From: an uncultured Verrucomicrobiae bacterium
Lineage (GTDB): Bacteria > Verrucomicrobiota > Verrucomicrobiia > Chthoniobacterales > UBA10450
DNA length: 64,000 bases
Direction of reading: 5' to 3'
Assembly: GCA_963756875.1 (NCBI GenBank)
Contig: CAVWPA010000003.1
Coordinates: 672,001-736,000, forward strand
Shown here in pieces: positions 52,643 through 61,947 of the stretch. The notes beneath the pieces are model-generated. The model saw nothing but the letters and a program-made list of their open reading frames with translations. It was not told the DNA's origin and did not search any database. Position 1 is the stretch's first letter. The number at the start of each line of letters is the position of its first letter. Both the position numbers and the translations under genes were made by a program.

Positions 52643-53557
52643 ATGCCCACAACGCTTGAGCAACCCGCTCCCACCAAGGCAACGCCCCGCGCTGTTTTCG
52701 TTCTGCGCTTCATCAGCACGGTCGTGCTTTGGTCGGTCGCGCTGGCCATCGCATTTTCCGGCTACGAAGTTTTGTTTTGGTTATTAATCAGCGTGTTCGG
52801 ACTGATCGCACTTTGGGAGTTTTATCGAATGCTCGATCATCGCGGGCTGCCGAATTTCAAAATCACGGGAATGATTTGCGGCGCGGTTTTGCTGGCCGGC
52901 AGTTTTTATTACTTCGCCAAAATCGGACCAGCGCAGTCGTACGATTTCGAGGTCGCGGTGTTGCTCTTTTTTCTGCTGACGGTTTTCACGCGGCAAATGT
53001 TTGCGCGTTTGCGGGAGGACGAACCGCTGCAAACCATGGCCTACACCCTCTTCGGTTTGCTGTACGTTCTTTGGCTTTTCAATTTCCTCACAAAAATTGT
53101 TTACCTCACGCCGCGATCGAGCACCGGCGCGGTAACAGGCCAGTTTTATGTCTTGTACCTGATCGCGGTCACAAAATTCAGCGACATGGGCGCCTATTTG
53201 ACCGGGAGCGTGATCGGACGGCACAAGATGACTCCGCACATCAGTGCAAAAAAAACCTGGGAAGGATTTTTCGGGGCGCTCGTTTTTGCGCTGCTCTGCA
53301 GCCTGGCTCTGTTCAAATTGATGCCTGGGCATTTGTCAGCGCTGACCTGGACGCACGCGACGGTTCTCGGTTTGCTGCTTGGATTCGCCGCGGTGATCGG
53401 CGACTTGGCGGAGTCGATTGTAAAACGAAGCACGGGCGTAAAAGATTCCGGGAATCTGCTGCCTGGAATCGGCGGAGCGCTCGACCTGGTGGACAGTCTG
53501 CTGTTTACTGCGCCGTTGTTGTTCTTTTATCTCCGCTTGGTGGTCCGGGTTCCATAA
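52643..53557 (+). CDS. cdsA: Phosphatidate cytidylyltransferase
   Basis: SDMGAY, ISAKKTWEG, GDLAESIVKR..GVKDSG..LPGIGGALD. Confidence 0.95.
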   Translation: MPTTLEQPAPTKATPRAVFVLRFISTVVLWSVALAIAFSGYEVLFWLLISVFGLIALWEFYRMLDHRGLPNFKITGMICGAVLLAGSFYYFAKIGPAQSYDFEVAVLLFFLLTVFTRQMFARLREDEPLQTMAYTLFGLLYVLWLFNFLTKIVYLTPRSSTGAVTGQFYVLYLIAVTKFSDMGAYLTGSVIGRHKMTPHISAKKTWEGFFGALVFALLCSLALFKLMPGHLSALTWTHATVLGLLLGFAAVIGDLAESIVKRSTGVKDSGNLLPGIGGALDLVDSLLFTAPLLFFYLRLVVRVP

Positions 53558-53585
53558 AGAGATGCGCTCTATAGCGGGAAACTTT

Positions 53586-53709
53586 GGGGAGCGCACGCGC
53601 CCCGCGTGTAGTCTCCGGCGCCCTCGACGGAGACATTTTTCCGGGGTGAGCCGCAAGGGCTTTTCGGCGAGGGCGCCGAAAAGAGCACGCGAGGGCGCGT
53701 GCGCTCCCC
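53586..53709. repeat. REPIN-like element, family A copy 5 (intergenic)
   Basis: GGGGAGCGCACGCGCCCCGCGTG ... CACGCGAGGGCGCGTGCGCTCCCC. Confidence 0.92.
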
Positions 53710-53734
53710 GGAAGCTCCGCGGCGAAAACTGTAC

Positions 53735-54991
53735 ATGAAACGCAAACGTGTTGTTGTTCTTGGCGCGACCGGGTCGATCGGGGAAAGCGCGCTAAAGGTT
53801 GCGCGCGACATTCCGGAACGGATGGAAATTGTCGGTCTGGCGGCGAACAACAACGCCGAAAAGCTGGCCAAGGCTGCAAACAAGGTGCGACCGCAAGCGG
53901 TTTGCCTTGGGAACGTAACGAAGATCGAGGCGTTGCGGGCGGCGCTTGAGTACGAGCCGCAGATCTTCGCCGGTGAAGAGGGACTGCGCGAGATCGCGTG
54001 CCTGACGAATGCGGACATGGTGCTGGTCGCAATTGTAGGCACGGGCGGATTGCGTCCCACGCTGGCTGCGATTGAAGCAGGCAAGGATCTCGCGGTGGCG
54101 AGCAAGGAGATTTTGGTGATGGCGGGCGAGATTGTGATGCGGGAAGCGCGCGAAAACGGAGTGCGTGTGTTGCCGGTGGACTCGGAGCACAATGCGATTT
54201 TTCAATGTCTGGAAGGCAAACGCCGAACGCCCAACGCCGAACGTCGAACGTCGAATGCAGAGAACGCGAGTCCGGTTCTGCCTTCGGCGTTGGATGTTGG
54301 ACGTTGGGCGTTGGACGTTTCTGATGTGAGAAGGATCATTCTCACCGCTTCGGGTGGTCCATTTCGCGAAACACCGCGAAAAGACTTTGATGCGATTACG
54401 GTGGAACAGGCCCTGAAGCATCCCACCTGGAACATGGGGCCGAAAATCACGATCGATTCGGCGACGCTTTTCAATAAAGGCCTCGAAATGATCGAAGCCC
54501 GGTGGCTTTTCGGGGTCGAAATGAAACGGGTGGAAGTGGTGATCCATCCGCAAAGCATCGTTCATTCGATGGTCGAATTTGTGGATGGCTCCACGCTGGC
54601 GCAGCTGAGTTACTCCAACATGTGTTTTCCAATTCAATATGCGGTCACCTGGCCGGAACGCGTGCCGAACAGTCTGCCGCCACTGGATTTTTCGAAATTG
54701 TCGAAGCTGGAATTTTTCACGCCCCGCTTTGAGGATTTTCCGGCGCTCAGCCTGGCGCGAAAGGCGGGCGAAACCGGAGGCACGCTGCCGGCGGTCATGA
54801 ATGCCGCGAACGAAGTCGCGGCCGCGGCGTTTTTGGAGCGACGGCTCCGTTTCCCGCAAATCTGGGAAACGGTCGAAAAGGTGATGGCCACGCACGCCAA
54901 CGTTGCGCAGCCGAATCTCGATGCCATATTGCGGGCCGATCAATGGGCGCGCGAGGAAGCGCTGAGATGCGTTAAATCGTTGAAACGGTAA
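53735..54991 (+). CDS. dxr: 1-deoxy-D-xylulose 5-phosphate reductoisomerase
   Basis: LGATGSIG, PVDSEHNAIFQ, LTASGGPF, HPTWNMGPKITIDSAT. Confidence 0.97.
   Translation: MKRKRVVVLGATGSIGESALKVARDIPERMEIVGLAANNNAEKLAKAANKVRPQAVCLGNVTKIEALRAALEYEPQIFAGEEGLREIACLTNADMVLVAIVGTGGLRPTLAAIEAGKDLAVASKEILVMAGEIVMREARENGVRVLPVDSEHNAIFQCLEGKRRTPNAERRTSNAENASPVLPSALDVGRWALDVSDVRRIILTASGGPFRETPRKDFDAITVEQALKHPTWNMGPKITIDSATLFNKGLEMIEARWLFGVEMKRVEVVIHPQSIVHSMVEFVDGSTLAQLSYSNMCFPIQYAVTWPERVPNSLPPLDFSKLSKLEFFTPRFEDFPALSLARKAGETGGTLPAVMNAANEVAAAAFLERRLRFPQIWETVEKVMATHANVAQPNLDAILRADQWAREEALRCVKSLKR
54218..54320. repeat. Heptamer-built inverted repeat, AACGYCS family copy 2, in frame in dxr
   Basis: AACGCCG AACGCCC AACGCCG AACGTCG AACGTCG ... 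TTGGATG TTGGACG TTGGGCG TTGGACG. Confidence 0.88.
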
Positions 54992-55055
54992 CTCGTTCAA
55001 GCGGCCAGCCCCGGCGGTCGGCCACTGTTTACTCATCGCTAATCACCAGTCATTC

Positions 55056-56720
55056 ATGAGCATTTTGTTCCACGGCGCGCGTTTCCTCTTTATCCTGCTC
55101 GAAGTTCTGGTTCTCTTTAATCTGCTCATCGTGGTGCATGAGCTCGGCCATTTTCTGGCGGCCCGCTGGCGCGGGCTCTATGTCGAAAAGTTCGCGATCT
55201 GGTTTGGCAAGCCGCTTTGGAAAAAAACGATCAATGGCGTCCAATACTCGTTAGGGACGCTGCCTTTTGGCGGGTTCGTTGCCGTGCCGCAGCTGGCGCC
55301 GATGGACATTATCGAAGGCAAAGCAGACGTCGATCGCGCGAAATTGCCGCCAATTTCAGTGCTGGACAAGATCATCGTGGCGTTTGCCGGGCCGCTGTTC
55401 AGTTTCGGCCTGGCCGTGGTGTTCGCGGTCGTCATTTCAGTGGTGGGTCGTCCGGTGAGTGAATCGGAGTCCACCACCACCATCGGATACGTCATGCCGG
55501 ATTCGCCGGCGTCGCGCGCCGGGTTAGAAGCCGGCGACAGGATTCTATCCGTTGACGGACACCAGGTTTCCCGTTTTGGCGGGATGGGCGACGACAGCAT
55601 TCAGTGGCAGATTGTGCGCAGCGAAAAGGAAACAATCCCAATCGCGGTCGCGCGCAAGGTGGACGACACGACGAAGAAATTGACTGTTGAGGCGAAGCCG
55701 ATTGTCCCGCCGACCAAGCCGTGGATGCGCAAGGCATTGCGGCAGATTGAAATTGTTCCGGCCGAAACACCTTTGGTGGCAAAAGTGCAGCCGGATAGCC
55801 CGGCTGCGAAGGCGGGTCTGAAGCCGAACGACGTGATTACCGCGATCAACGGCCAGCCCCTCTACCATATTCTTGGCCTTGCCGATTTTATTCGCAAATA
55901 CCAGGGCCAGCCGCTGACGCTTACGGTGGAACGAGGCGGGGAGCCGGTTCGGCTTCCGTTCGATCCCGGTTATCCCAAAGTCGCGTCGGTGTTCAAGGAC
56001 AGCCCGGCCGATCGCGCCGGTTTGAAACCGGGCGATGCAATCATCGCGGTCGACGGCCAGAAAATGACGAGCACGCTGGCGATCTCCGATTACATCTCCA
56101 AACATGCGGCGCAGGCGATTTCCCTGACGTTCGAGCGCGACGGCGTGCAACATACGGTGAAGGTGAAGCCGGAAGCCCCCGTAGGCGAAACCACCCCTCG
56201 CATCGGAATTTACTGGGATGAAGATTACGGAATTGTCCTGGATTCCTATGGCAAGCTCGCCGTCGTGCATCCGAATCCGATCGAGCAAGTCCGGGCCGCG
56301 ACGTTGTCGATCTTCAACACGATCGGCGCCATCGCTTCGCCCAAGTCGGACGTGAAACTGCAGCATATGAGCGGGCCGGTGATGATGCTGCGCATCTATT
56401 ATGTCATGTTCGAGAACAAGGAGGGGTGGCGAATGGCGCTTTGGTTCAGCGTCGTGCTGAATGTGAACCTGGCGCTGCTGAATCTGTTGCCCATTCCGGT
56501 TCTCGATGGCGGCCATATCATGCTCGCGGTGATCGAAGGCGTTCGCCGCCGGCCGGTGAATACCCGCGTCCTCGAAGTGGTGCAGACCGCGTGTGCCGTC
56601 CTGATTATCGGGTTCATGGTTTATATCGCTTTCTTCGATGTCGAAGACCTTTTCGGCGGGAAGGGGAGGCCGAGATTCGTGCCAAAGGCGCCGCCGGCTC
56701 AATCGGGACAAAAGCAGTAG
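55056..56720 (+). CDS. rseP: RIP metalloprotease RseP (three PDZ-like repeats)
   Basis: [20 protein letters not shown]. Confidence 0.95.
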   Translation: MSILFHGARFLFILLEVLVLFNLLIVVHELGHFLAARWRGLYVEKFAIWFGKPLWKKTINGVQYSLGTLPFGGFVAVPQLAPMDIIEGKADVDRAKLPPISVLDKIIVAFAGPLFSFGLAVVFAVVISVVGRPVSESESTTTIGYVMPDSPASRAGLEAGDRILSVDGHQVSRFGGMGDDSIQWQIVRSEKETIPIAVARKVDDTTKKLTVEAKPIVPPTKPWMRKALRQIEIVPAETPLVAKVQPDSPAAKAGLKPNDVITAINGQPLYHILGLADFIRKYQGQPLTLTVERGGEPVRLPFDPGYPKVASVFKDSPADRAGLKPGDAIIAVDGQKMTSTLAISDYISKHAAQAISLTFERDGVQHTVKVKPEAPVGETTPRIGIYWDEDYGIVLDSYGKLAVVHPNPIEQVRAATLSIFNTIGAIASPKSDVKLQHMSGPVMMLRIYYVMFENKEGWRMALWFSVVLNVNLALLNLLPIPVLDGGHIMLAVIEGVRRRPVNTRVLEVVQTACAVLIIGFMVYIAFFDVEDLFGGKGRPRFVPKAPPAQSGQKQ

Positions 56721-56766
56721 CGCGGCAGCGTTGCGCGGCCGTTTTCATTCCGTAAACTTTGTGGCG

Positions 56767-58627
56767 GTGAACTATTGCGATAACCCATTGGTTTATCAGC
56801 GCCGGAAGACGCGTGAAGTGCGTGTGGGCCACGTCGGTATCGGCGGGGCCAACCCCATCCGTGTTCAATCGATGATCACGTGTGACACGATGGATACGGA
56901 AAGTTCCATCCAGCAAACGGTGGAGCTGGCGGAAGCCGGCTGCGAAATAGTGCGCATCACTGCGCCGACAGTGAAGGATTCCCGCAATCTGGAGCACATC
57001 GTAAAGGGTTTGCGCGAGCGCGGCTGCGACGTGCCAATCGTGGCCGATATTCATTTCAAGCCCGAAGCGGCCATGGAGGCGGCCCGGTGGGTCGATAAAG
57101 TCCGGATCAATCCGGGCAACTATGCCGACTCGAAGAAATTCGTGATCCGGGAATATACGGACGAGCAGTACACTTCCGAACTCGCACGCATCCGCGAGCG
57201 ATTCACGCCACTGGTTGAGCTCTGCAAGAAGCGCGGCATTGCCATCCGCATCGGCACCAATCACGGCTCGTTGAGCGATCGCATTCTTAATAGATACGGC
57301 GACACACCCCTCGGGATGGTGGAGAGCGCTCTCGAATTCGCGCGCATCGCGCGCGACCTCGATTATCACGCGTTTGTTTTCTCGATGAAGGCCAGCAACC
57401 CGAAAATCATGATCGCTGCCTATCGCCTTTTGGTCGCTCGACTGAACGAAGAGGGCCCGGATTGGAATTATCCGGTCCACCTGGGGGTAACCGAAGCCGG
57501 CGAAGGCGAAGACGCACGAATCAAAAGCGCCATCGGAATCGGCTCGCTGCTGGCGGACGGAATCGGGGACACCATCCGCGTCTCGCTCACCGAGGACAGC
57601 ATTCACGAGATTCCCGTAGCGAAAGCGCTGATTGAGTGCGGAATGCGGAGTATCGATTGCGAATTGCAGCACTCCGCAATCGACACTCCGCAACTCCGCA
57701 ATCTCGTTCGACCCCTTCTCGTATCAGCGACGCGCCAGCGAGACGATCGCAGTAGCGGGAATCGGTGAGCCGGGTGAAACCGTCAAACTCGGCGGCGAAG
57801 AATTGATCCGGGTCGTCGTCAGGCAGGCAAATTTCGAAAAGGTCGCGCACAAAATCGACAAAATGGGCGATTACAAGCCGGAGATTGTTTACGAGAACGC
57901 CAGCGTCAGGGAAATCGATCCGCGTGACAGGGAGGCGATTGCCCTGTTGAACGAAGGCGCGGAACCGCAGTTCGTTACGGTCCGAGACGATGTCGATCTG
58001 CCCATGATCACGGCGTTTCGTCTGCTGGCCGCGAACCTGGCGCCACGGCACCCAATTTTGTTAAAGGATATTTTGAATTGCAGGGCGTCTGTGTCAGACG
58101 CCGGCCAGAGAGATGGCGTTTCACAGAAACGCCCTGCAAATTTTCTGGACACTCTTCTCATCGCGTCCACAAACATCGGCTCGCTGTTGTGCGATGGGAT
58201 TGGGGACGCCGTCCTGGTGCAAGGCGAAGAAGCTCCGGGGCAGGCGTTGCGGCTCTCTTATAATATACTACAGGCCGCGGGGTCGCGGATTTTCAAAACC
58301 GACTACGTGGCCTGCCCTTCGTGCGGGCGGACGTTGTTCAATTTGCAGACGACGACGGCGCGTATCAAAGAGGCAACCTCGCATCTGAAAGGCGTCAAAA
58401 TTGCGATCATGGGTTGCATCGTAAATGGCCCGGGAGAAATGGCGGACGCCGATTTTGGTTATGTTGGCGGCGCGCCGGGCAAAGTGAATCTCTACGTCGG
58501 CAAGACGCCGGTAAAGTTCAATATCCCGGAAGCGGAAGCAGTTGATCGACTGAAGGATTTGATCCGCGAACACGGCAAGTGGGTCGAGCGTGCGATGCAA
58601 CCGGCTCCGGCCGAGATGCCCGCATAA
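56767..58627 (+). CDS. ispG: HMBPP synthase, long form (apparent +1 frameshift at 57692/57693)
   Basis: [34 protein letters not shown], then ACPSCGRT and [10 protein letters not shown] in the next frame. Confidence 0.93.
57631..57704. repeat. Heptamer-built inverted repeat (GCGGART family) inside ispG
   Basis: GCGGAAT GCGGAGT ATCGATT GCGAATT mirrored by ACTCCGC AATCGAC ACTCCGC AACTCCGC. Confidence 0.85.
58078..58139. repeat. REPIN-like element (G[T/C]AGGGCG family), in frame in ispG
   Basis: TTGCAGGGCGTCTGTGTCAGACGCC ... GGCGTTTCACAGAAACGCCCTGCAA; encodes CRASVSDA...GVSQKRPA. Confidence 0.88.
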
Positions 58628-58771
58628 TTCTGCGATAGTAACGATCCCTGCTTTTAACGATTAATAGAGGCGTCCGGTTCGTTTCGAGATGGTGATCACC
58701 AGCTCCTCGCATGGCATCGCCTACGCCGAACGTTCGCCGTACATTTCCGAAGATTTGCGGGGCAATTTGGA

Positions 58772-58801
58772 TTGACGCGTCGTATGTGGACTCACTACGC
58801 T
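58772..58801 (+). promoter_or_regulatory. Possible sigma70-type promoter
   Basis: TTGACG-N18-TACGCT about 50 nt before ATG 58852. Confidence 0.3.
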
Positions 58802-58851
58802 TCATTTGAGCAGGGGCAACGGGGGAACTCGGAACTTCAACCCAAACGTTT

Positions 58852-61674
58852 ATGAAGAACTATCGGCCTCAAATTGCAGCATGCCTGATCCTCGCGGTCG
58901 GCGTTGTTACCGGAAAAGCTGGAACGATTTTTTACCAGGGCATTCCCGCCACGCAAAGCGACACCAATTCTGGGATCAGCAGCGACAACCAATACACCAC
59001 CGCGGTGGATGGTGGAAATGCGCGCGGAACCGATCGTGTCATCAATGGTATTACACTTTACGCGCTGAACGCCAACGGTCAGTCGGCTACAGCTGACAAT
59101 TGCACAGTCAATGCGTTGGCCGGCAATCTGTCGAATGCCGGCGGGGGGAGCTCCAGTATCCAGGCGGACGGAGTTTTCAAGGAGGTTGAGTCGGATATGA
59201 CGTTTAACAACGGCGCTCCCGACGACTCGCAACAAGAGATTGTGCTCGACCCGGAGAGTTTGGAAGCGGGCACGACTTACGATTTGCGTATTTACATCTG
59301 CAATCCGTCAGGGCGAAACCGGCTCGTGAACTTGTCTTTCGTCGGCGATGGGCAACCGGCGGTGGAGACGGGATTTTTCAATGAAGACGATGCGCGGACG
59401 TCGCCGGGCGGCTTCAAGGACCCCAATCAGGCGTATTACATCGATTATCGATTCACCTGGGATGGCGATTCGACTCCCGGGGTAACCATCACGCAGAAAT
59501 CCGGGAGCGCGCCGTTTGTGTTGTATGCGTTGACCAACCAGATTGTTCCTGGCGGTGCGGCCGAAGCGGCGCCCGAAGAAGAGGGGGCCGTGGCCGAAGG
59601 TGAAGCGGGCGCGGCCGAGGGCGAGGGTGAAGGAGTATCGACCGGATTAGTAAGTCAGGAGTCCGATGAGATCGGCGTGGCAAGCGACGATTTTTACGGT
59701 AGCGACTCGCTCAGTAACAACGGGCACTGGGTCAGCGTGCAAAAATGGGGCAGATGCTGGCAGCCCACCAATGTGCCGAGCGGTTGGTGCCCCTACACGA
59801 ACGGAACCTTTCAGCAGTGCGACGATTGCGGTTGGACCTTTGTCTCGGACGAACCGTGGGCATGGGCCTGTTACCATTACGGGCGGTGGCTGAAAGTCAG
59901 TTACGGCTGCGGATGGTGCTGGGTGCCGGGCAGGGTCTGGGCGCCGTCGTGGGTCTCTTGGCGCAAGGGGCGCGATTCATCGTGCGACTGCATCGGCTGG
60001 GCGCCGCTGCCGCCCACGGCCGGTTGCGAGTTTGGCGTCGGCGTGAGCACGTGGGTCGACGAAACCTGCGATATCGGTCCCGATTGTTACACCTTCATTG
60101 GCATCGGAGATTTCGGCCGCGGATCGTACTTCGGATGCGGCTGCATCTACGAGCAGTCGCGGAATATCACAATCATTAGTCAGACGATCAACATCACCAA
60201 CATTTCCTATACGAACTTTGGCACTTATTGCGGGGGACCCGATTACAATTGGTGCAACACGGAAATCCGTCAGCATGGCGGCCAGGAGATCGAGAAAATT
60301 CATGTCAACCGCTTCGACGATCCCAGTAAGATGGGTGGAAAGTTTTCCAAGCATGAAGGGAATCAACTCGGCCTTCTGTCTCCCCACATAAAGAACGAGA
60401 AGAATCCGAAGCATGAGCCGAAGATCGCGGGGCATATTTCCAACAAACAAATCGACCACGGCTGGAAGGGTGTGAAGGATCCGAGCACTCGGAAAAAATT
60501 AAAGAACGAAATTGCGCAGCAAAATCACGGCAAAAATTCCAAGAACACCAAGGCCACTTTACCAACTGGTGTTGCGCAAAAATTTGGCAAGCACGGTGGC
60601 ACTGGCAGACAGGGAATCACGCAGGGAGGCAAGGGGCAACACCCTGGTGGAAAAGGAGGTAAAGGAGCCGGCGGCAAATCGTTTACGGGCGGCAAGGCGG
60701 GCGGAGGCGGATTCAATCAGCATCCGGGCGGCAAAAAAGGAAAGCAGGGTCAGGGCGCTGGTGCGGGCACGGCCGGAGCAGGAAAATTTAATCAGCATCC
60801 CGGAAAGGGAGGCAAAGGACAGGGAGGCGCTGGCGGCGCAGGGATCAGCACCGCCGGGGGTGGAGGCGGCAAGGGTCGCCATCTTGGCCATCCTGGCCAG
60901 TCGTTCAAGGGTCAAGGTGGCGGCGGAGCGAAGGGAGCTGGCGGCGGAGCCGGCAAGGTGACGGGCGGCGGTCAGCATCCCGGAAAGGGTAAAGGCAAAG
61001 GCGTTCAAGGTGGCGCAGGGGGAACGCACGCCGGCGGAAATATTCAGGGCGGGACCGGTCGCACTGGCGGCAAAGGTCGCAATAAAGGTCAGGGAGCGAC
61101 GACTCAGGGTGGAAAGGGTTTTAAACAGGGAGGCCAGGCTGGTCAGGGAGGCGGAGGCGGCCGCGTTGGCAGCAAAGGTCGCAATAAGGGTCAGGGAGCG
61201 ACAACTCAGGGCGGAAAGGGTTTTAAACAGGGAGGCCAGGTTGGTCAGGGAGGAGGAGGCGGTCGGGTTGGCGGCAAAGCTCACAACAAAGGTCAGGGAA
61301 CGACGGCTGGTGGACAAGGTTTTAAGAAGGGAGGCCAGGCTGGCCAGGGCGGAGGAGGCGGGCGCGTTAAGGGCAAAGGTTACAATGCAGGTAAGGGAGC
61401 AACGACCCAGGGTGGACAAGGCTTTAAATCTGGAGGCCAGAAGGGTCAGGGCGGTGGTGGTGCAGGAAAAGGTCACGCCAAACAGCAGCAAGTCAGGCAA
61501 CCGCAGGGGGCCCAGCGTACGACGGGCGGTGGTGGTGGCGGTGTCAAGCAACAGCAATTTCAGCAACACCACGCCGGTGGCGGTGGCGGCGGCGGTGGTG
61601 GCGGTGGCGGCGGCGGCGGCGGTGGAAGAGGGAGAGGAAAAGCGGCAAAACCCACTCCAACTCCGCATAGATGA
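58852..61674 (+). CDS. Secreted multidomain protein: N-terminal beta-rich domain, Cys-rich DUF6600-like domain, Gly/Lys/Gln-rich tail
   Basis: Signal peptide; GWTFVSDEPWAWACYHYGRW...WVPGRVWAPSWVSWR matches the DUF6600 pattern; low-complexity C-terminal ~360 aa. Confidence 0.8.
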   Translation: MKNYRPQIAACLILAVGVVTGKAGTIFYQGIPATQSDTNSGISSDNQYTTAVDGGNARGTDRVINGITLYALNANGQSATADNCTVNALAGNLSNAGGGSSSIQADGVFKEVESDMTFNNGAPDDSQQEIVLDPESLEAGTTYDLRIYICNPSGRNRLVNLSFVGDGQPAVETGFFNEDDARTSPGGFKDPNQAYYIDYRFTWDGDSTPGVTITQKSGSAPFVLYALTNQIVPGGAAEAAPEEEGAVAEGEAGAAEGEGEGVSTGLVSQESDEIGVASDDFYGSDSLSNNGHWVSVQKWGRCWQPTNVPSGWCPYTNGTFQQCDDCGWTFVSDEPWAWACYHYGRWLKVSYGCGWCWVPGRVWAPSWVSWRKGRDSSCDCIGWAPLPPTAGCEFGVGVSTWVDETCDIGPDCYTFIGIGDFGRGSYFGCGCIYEQSRNITIISQTINITNISYTNFGTYCGGPDYNWCNTEIRQHGGQEIEKIHVNRFDDPSKMGGKFSKHEGNQLGLLSPHIKNEKNPKHEPKIAGHISNKQIDHGWKGVKDPSTRKKLKNEIAQQNHGKNSKNTKATLPTGVAQKFGKHGGTGRQGITQGGKGQHPGGKGGKGAGGKSFTGGKAGGGGFNQHPGGKKGKQGQGAGAGTAGAGKFNQHPGKGGKGQGGAGGAGISTAGGGGGKGRHLGHPGQSFKGQGGGGAKGAGGGAGKVTGGGQHPGKGKGKGVQGGAGGTHAGGNIQGGTGRTGGKGRNKGQGATTQGGKGFKQGGQAGQGGGGGRVGSKGRNKGQGATTQGGKGFKQGGQVGQGGGGGRVGGKAHNKGQGTTAGGQGFKKGGQAGQGGGGGRVKGKGYNAGKGATTQGGQGFKSGGQKGQGGGGAGKGHAKQQQVRQPQGAQRTTGGGGGGVKQQQFQQHHAGGGGGGGGGGGGGGGGGRGRGKAAKPTPTPHR
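61066..61461 (+). repeat. Four tandem ~100-bp (33-34 aa) coding repeats
   Basis: GGKGRNKGQGATTQGGKGFKQGGQAGQGGGGGRV and three variants. Confidence 0.88.
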
Positions 61675-61947
61675 TTCGTCCGGAGAGCGACCACGCCAGT
61701 CTGATTCGCTAAAACGAAGGCGACTCTAGAAAATTGATCGTCAAGCTGCTGCTGTGACTCGTTAGGCTTATGCCGGACGAAGCAAACACTGATTTCTGGG
61801 GGCCAATGGGAGATGCTGAGTCGCCCGTTTATACCGCCAGGTAATGGCAGTTTTTGGACTCGGATTTTCTAGAAAATAAGCTTGACGTTTTCATAACAAC
61901 TCGGGCAGTCTGGACGCTTACTTCATTGTAGTGCAATTCCAGAACCT

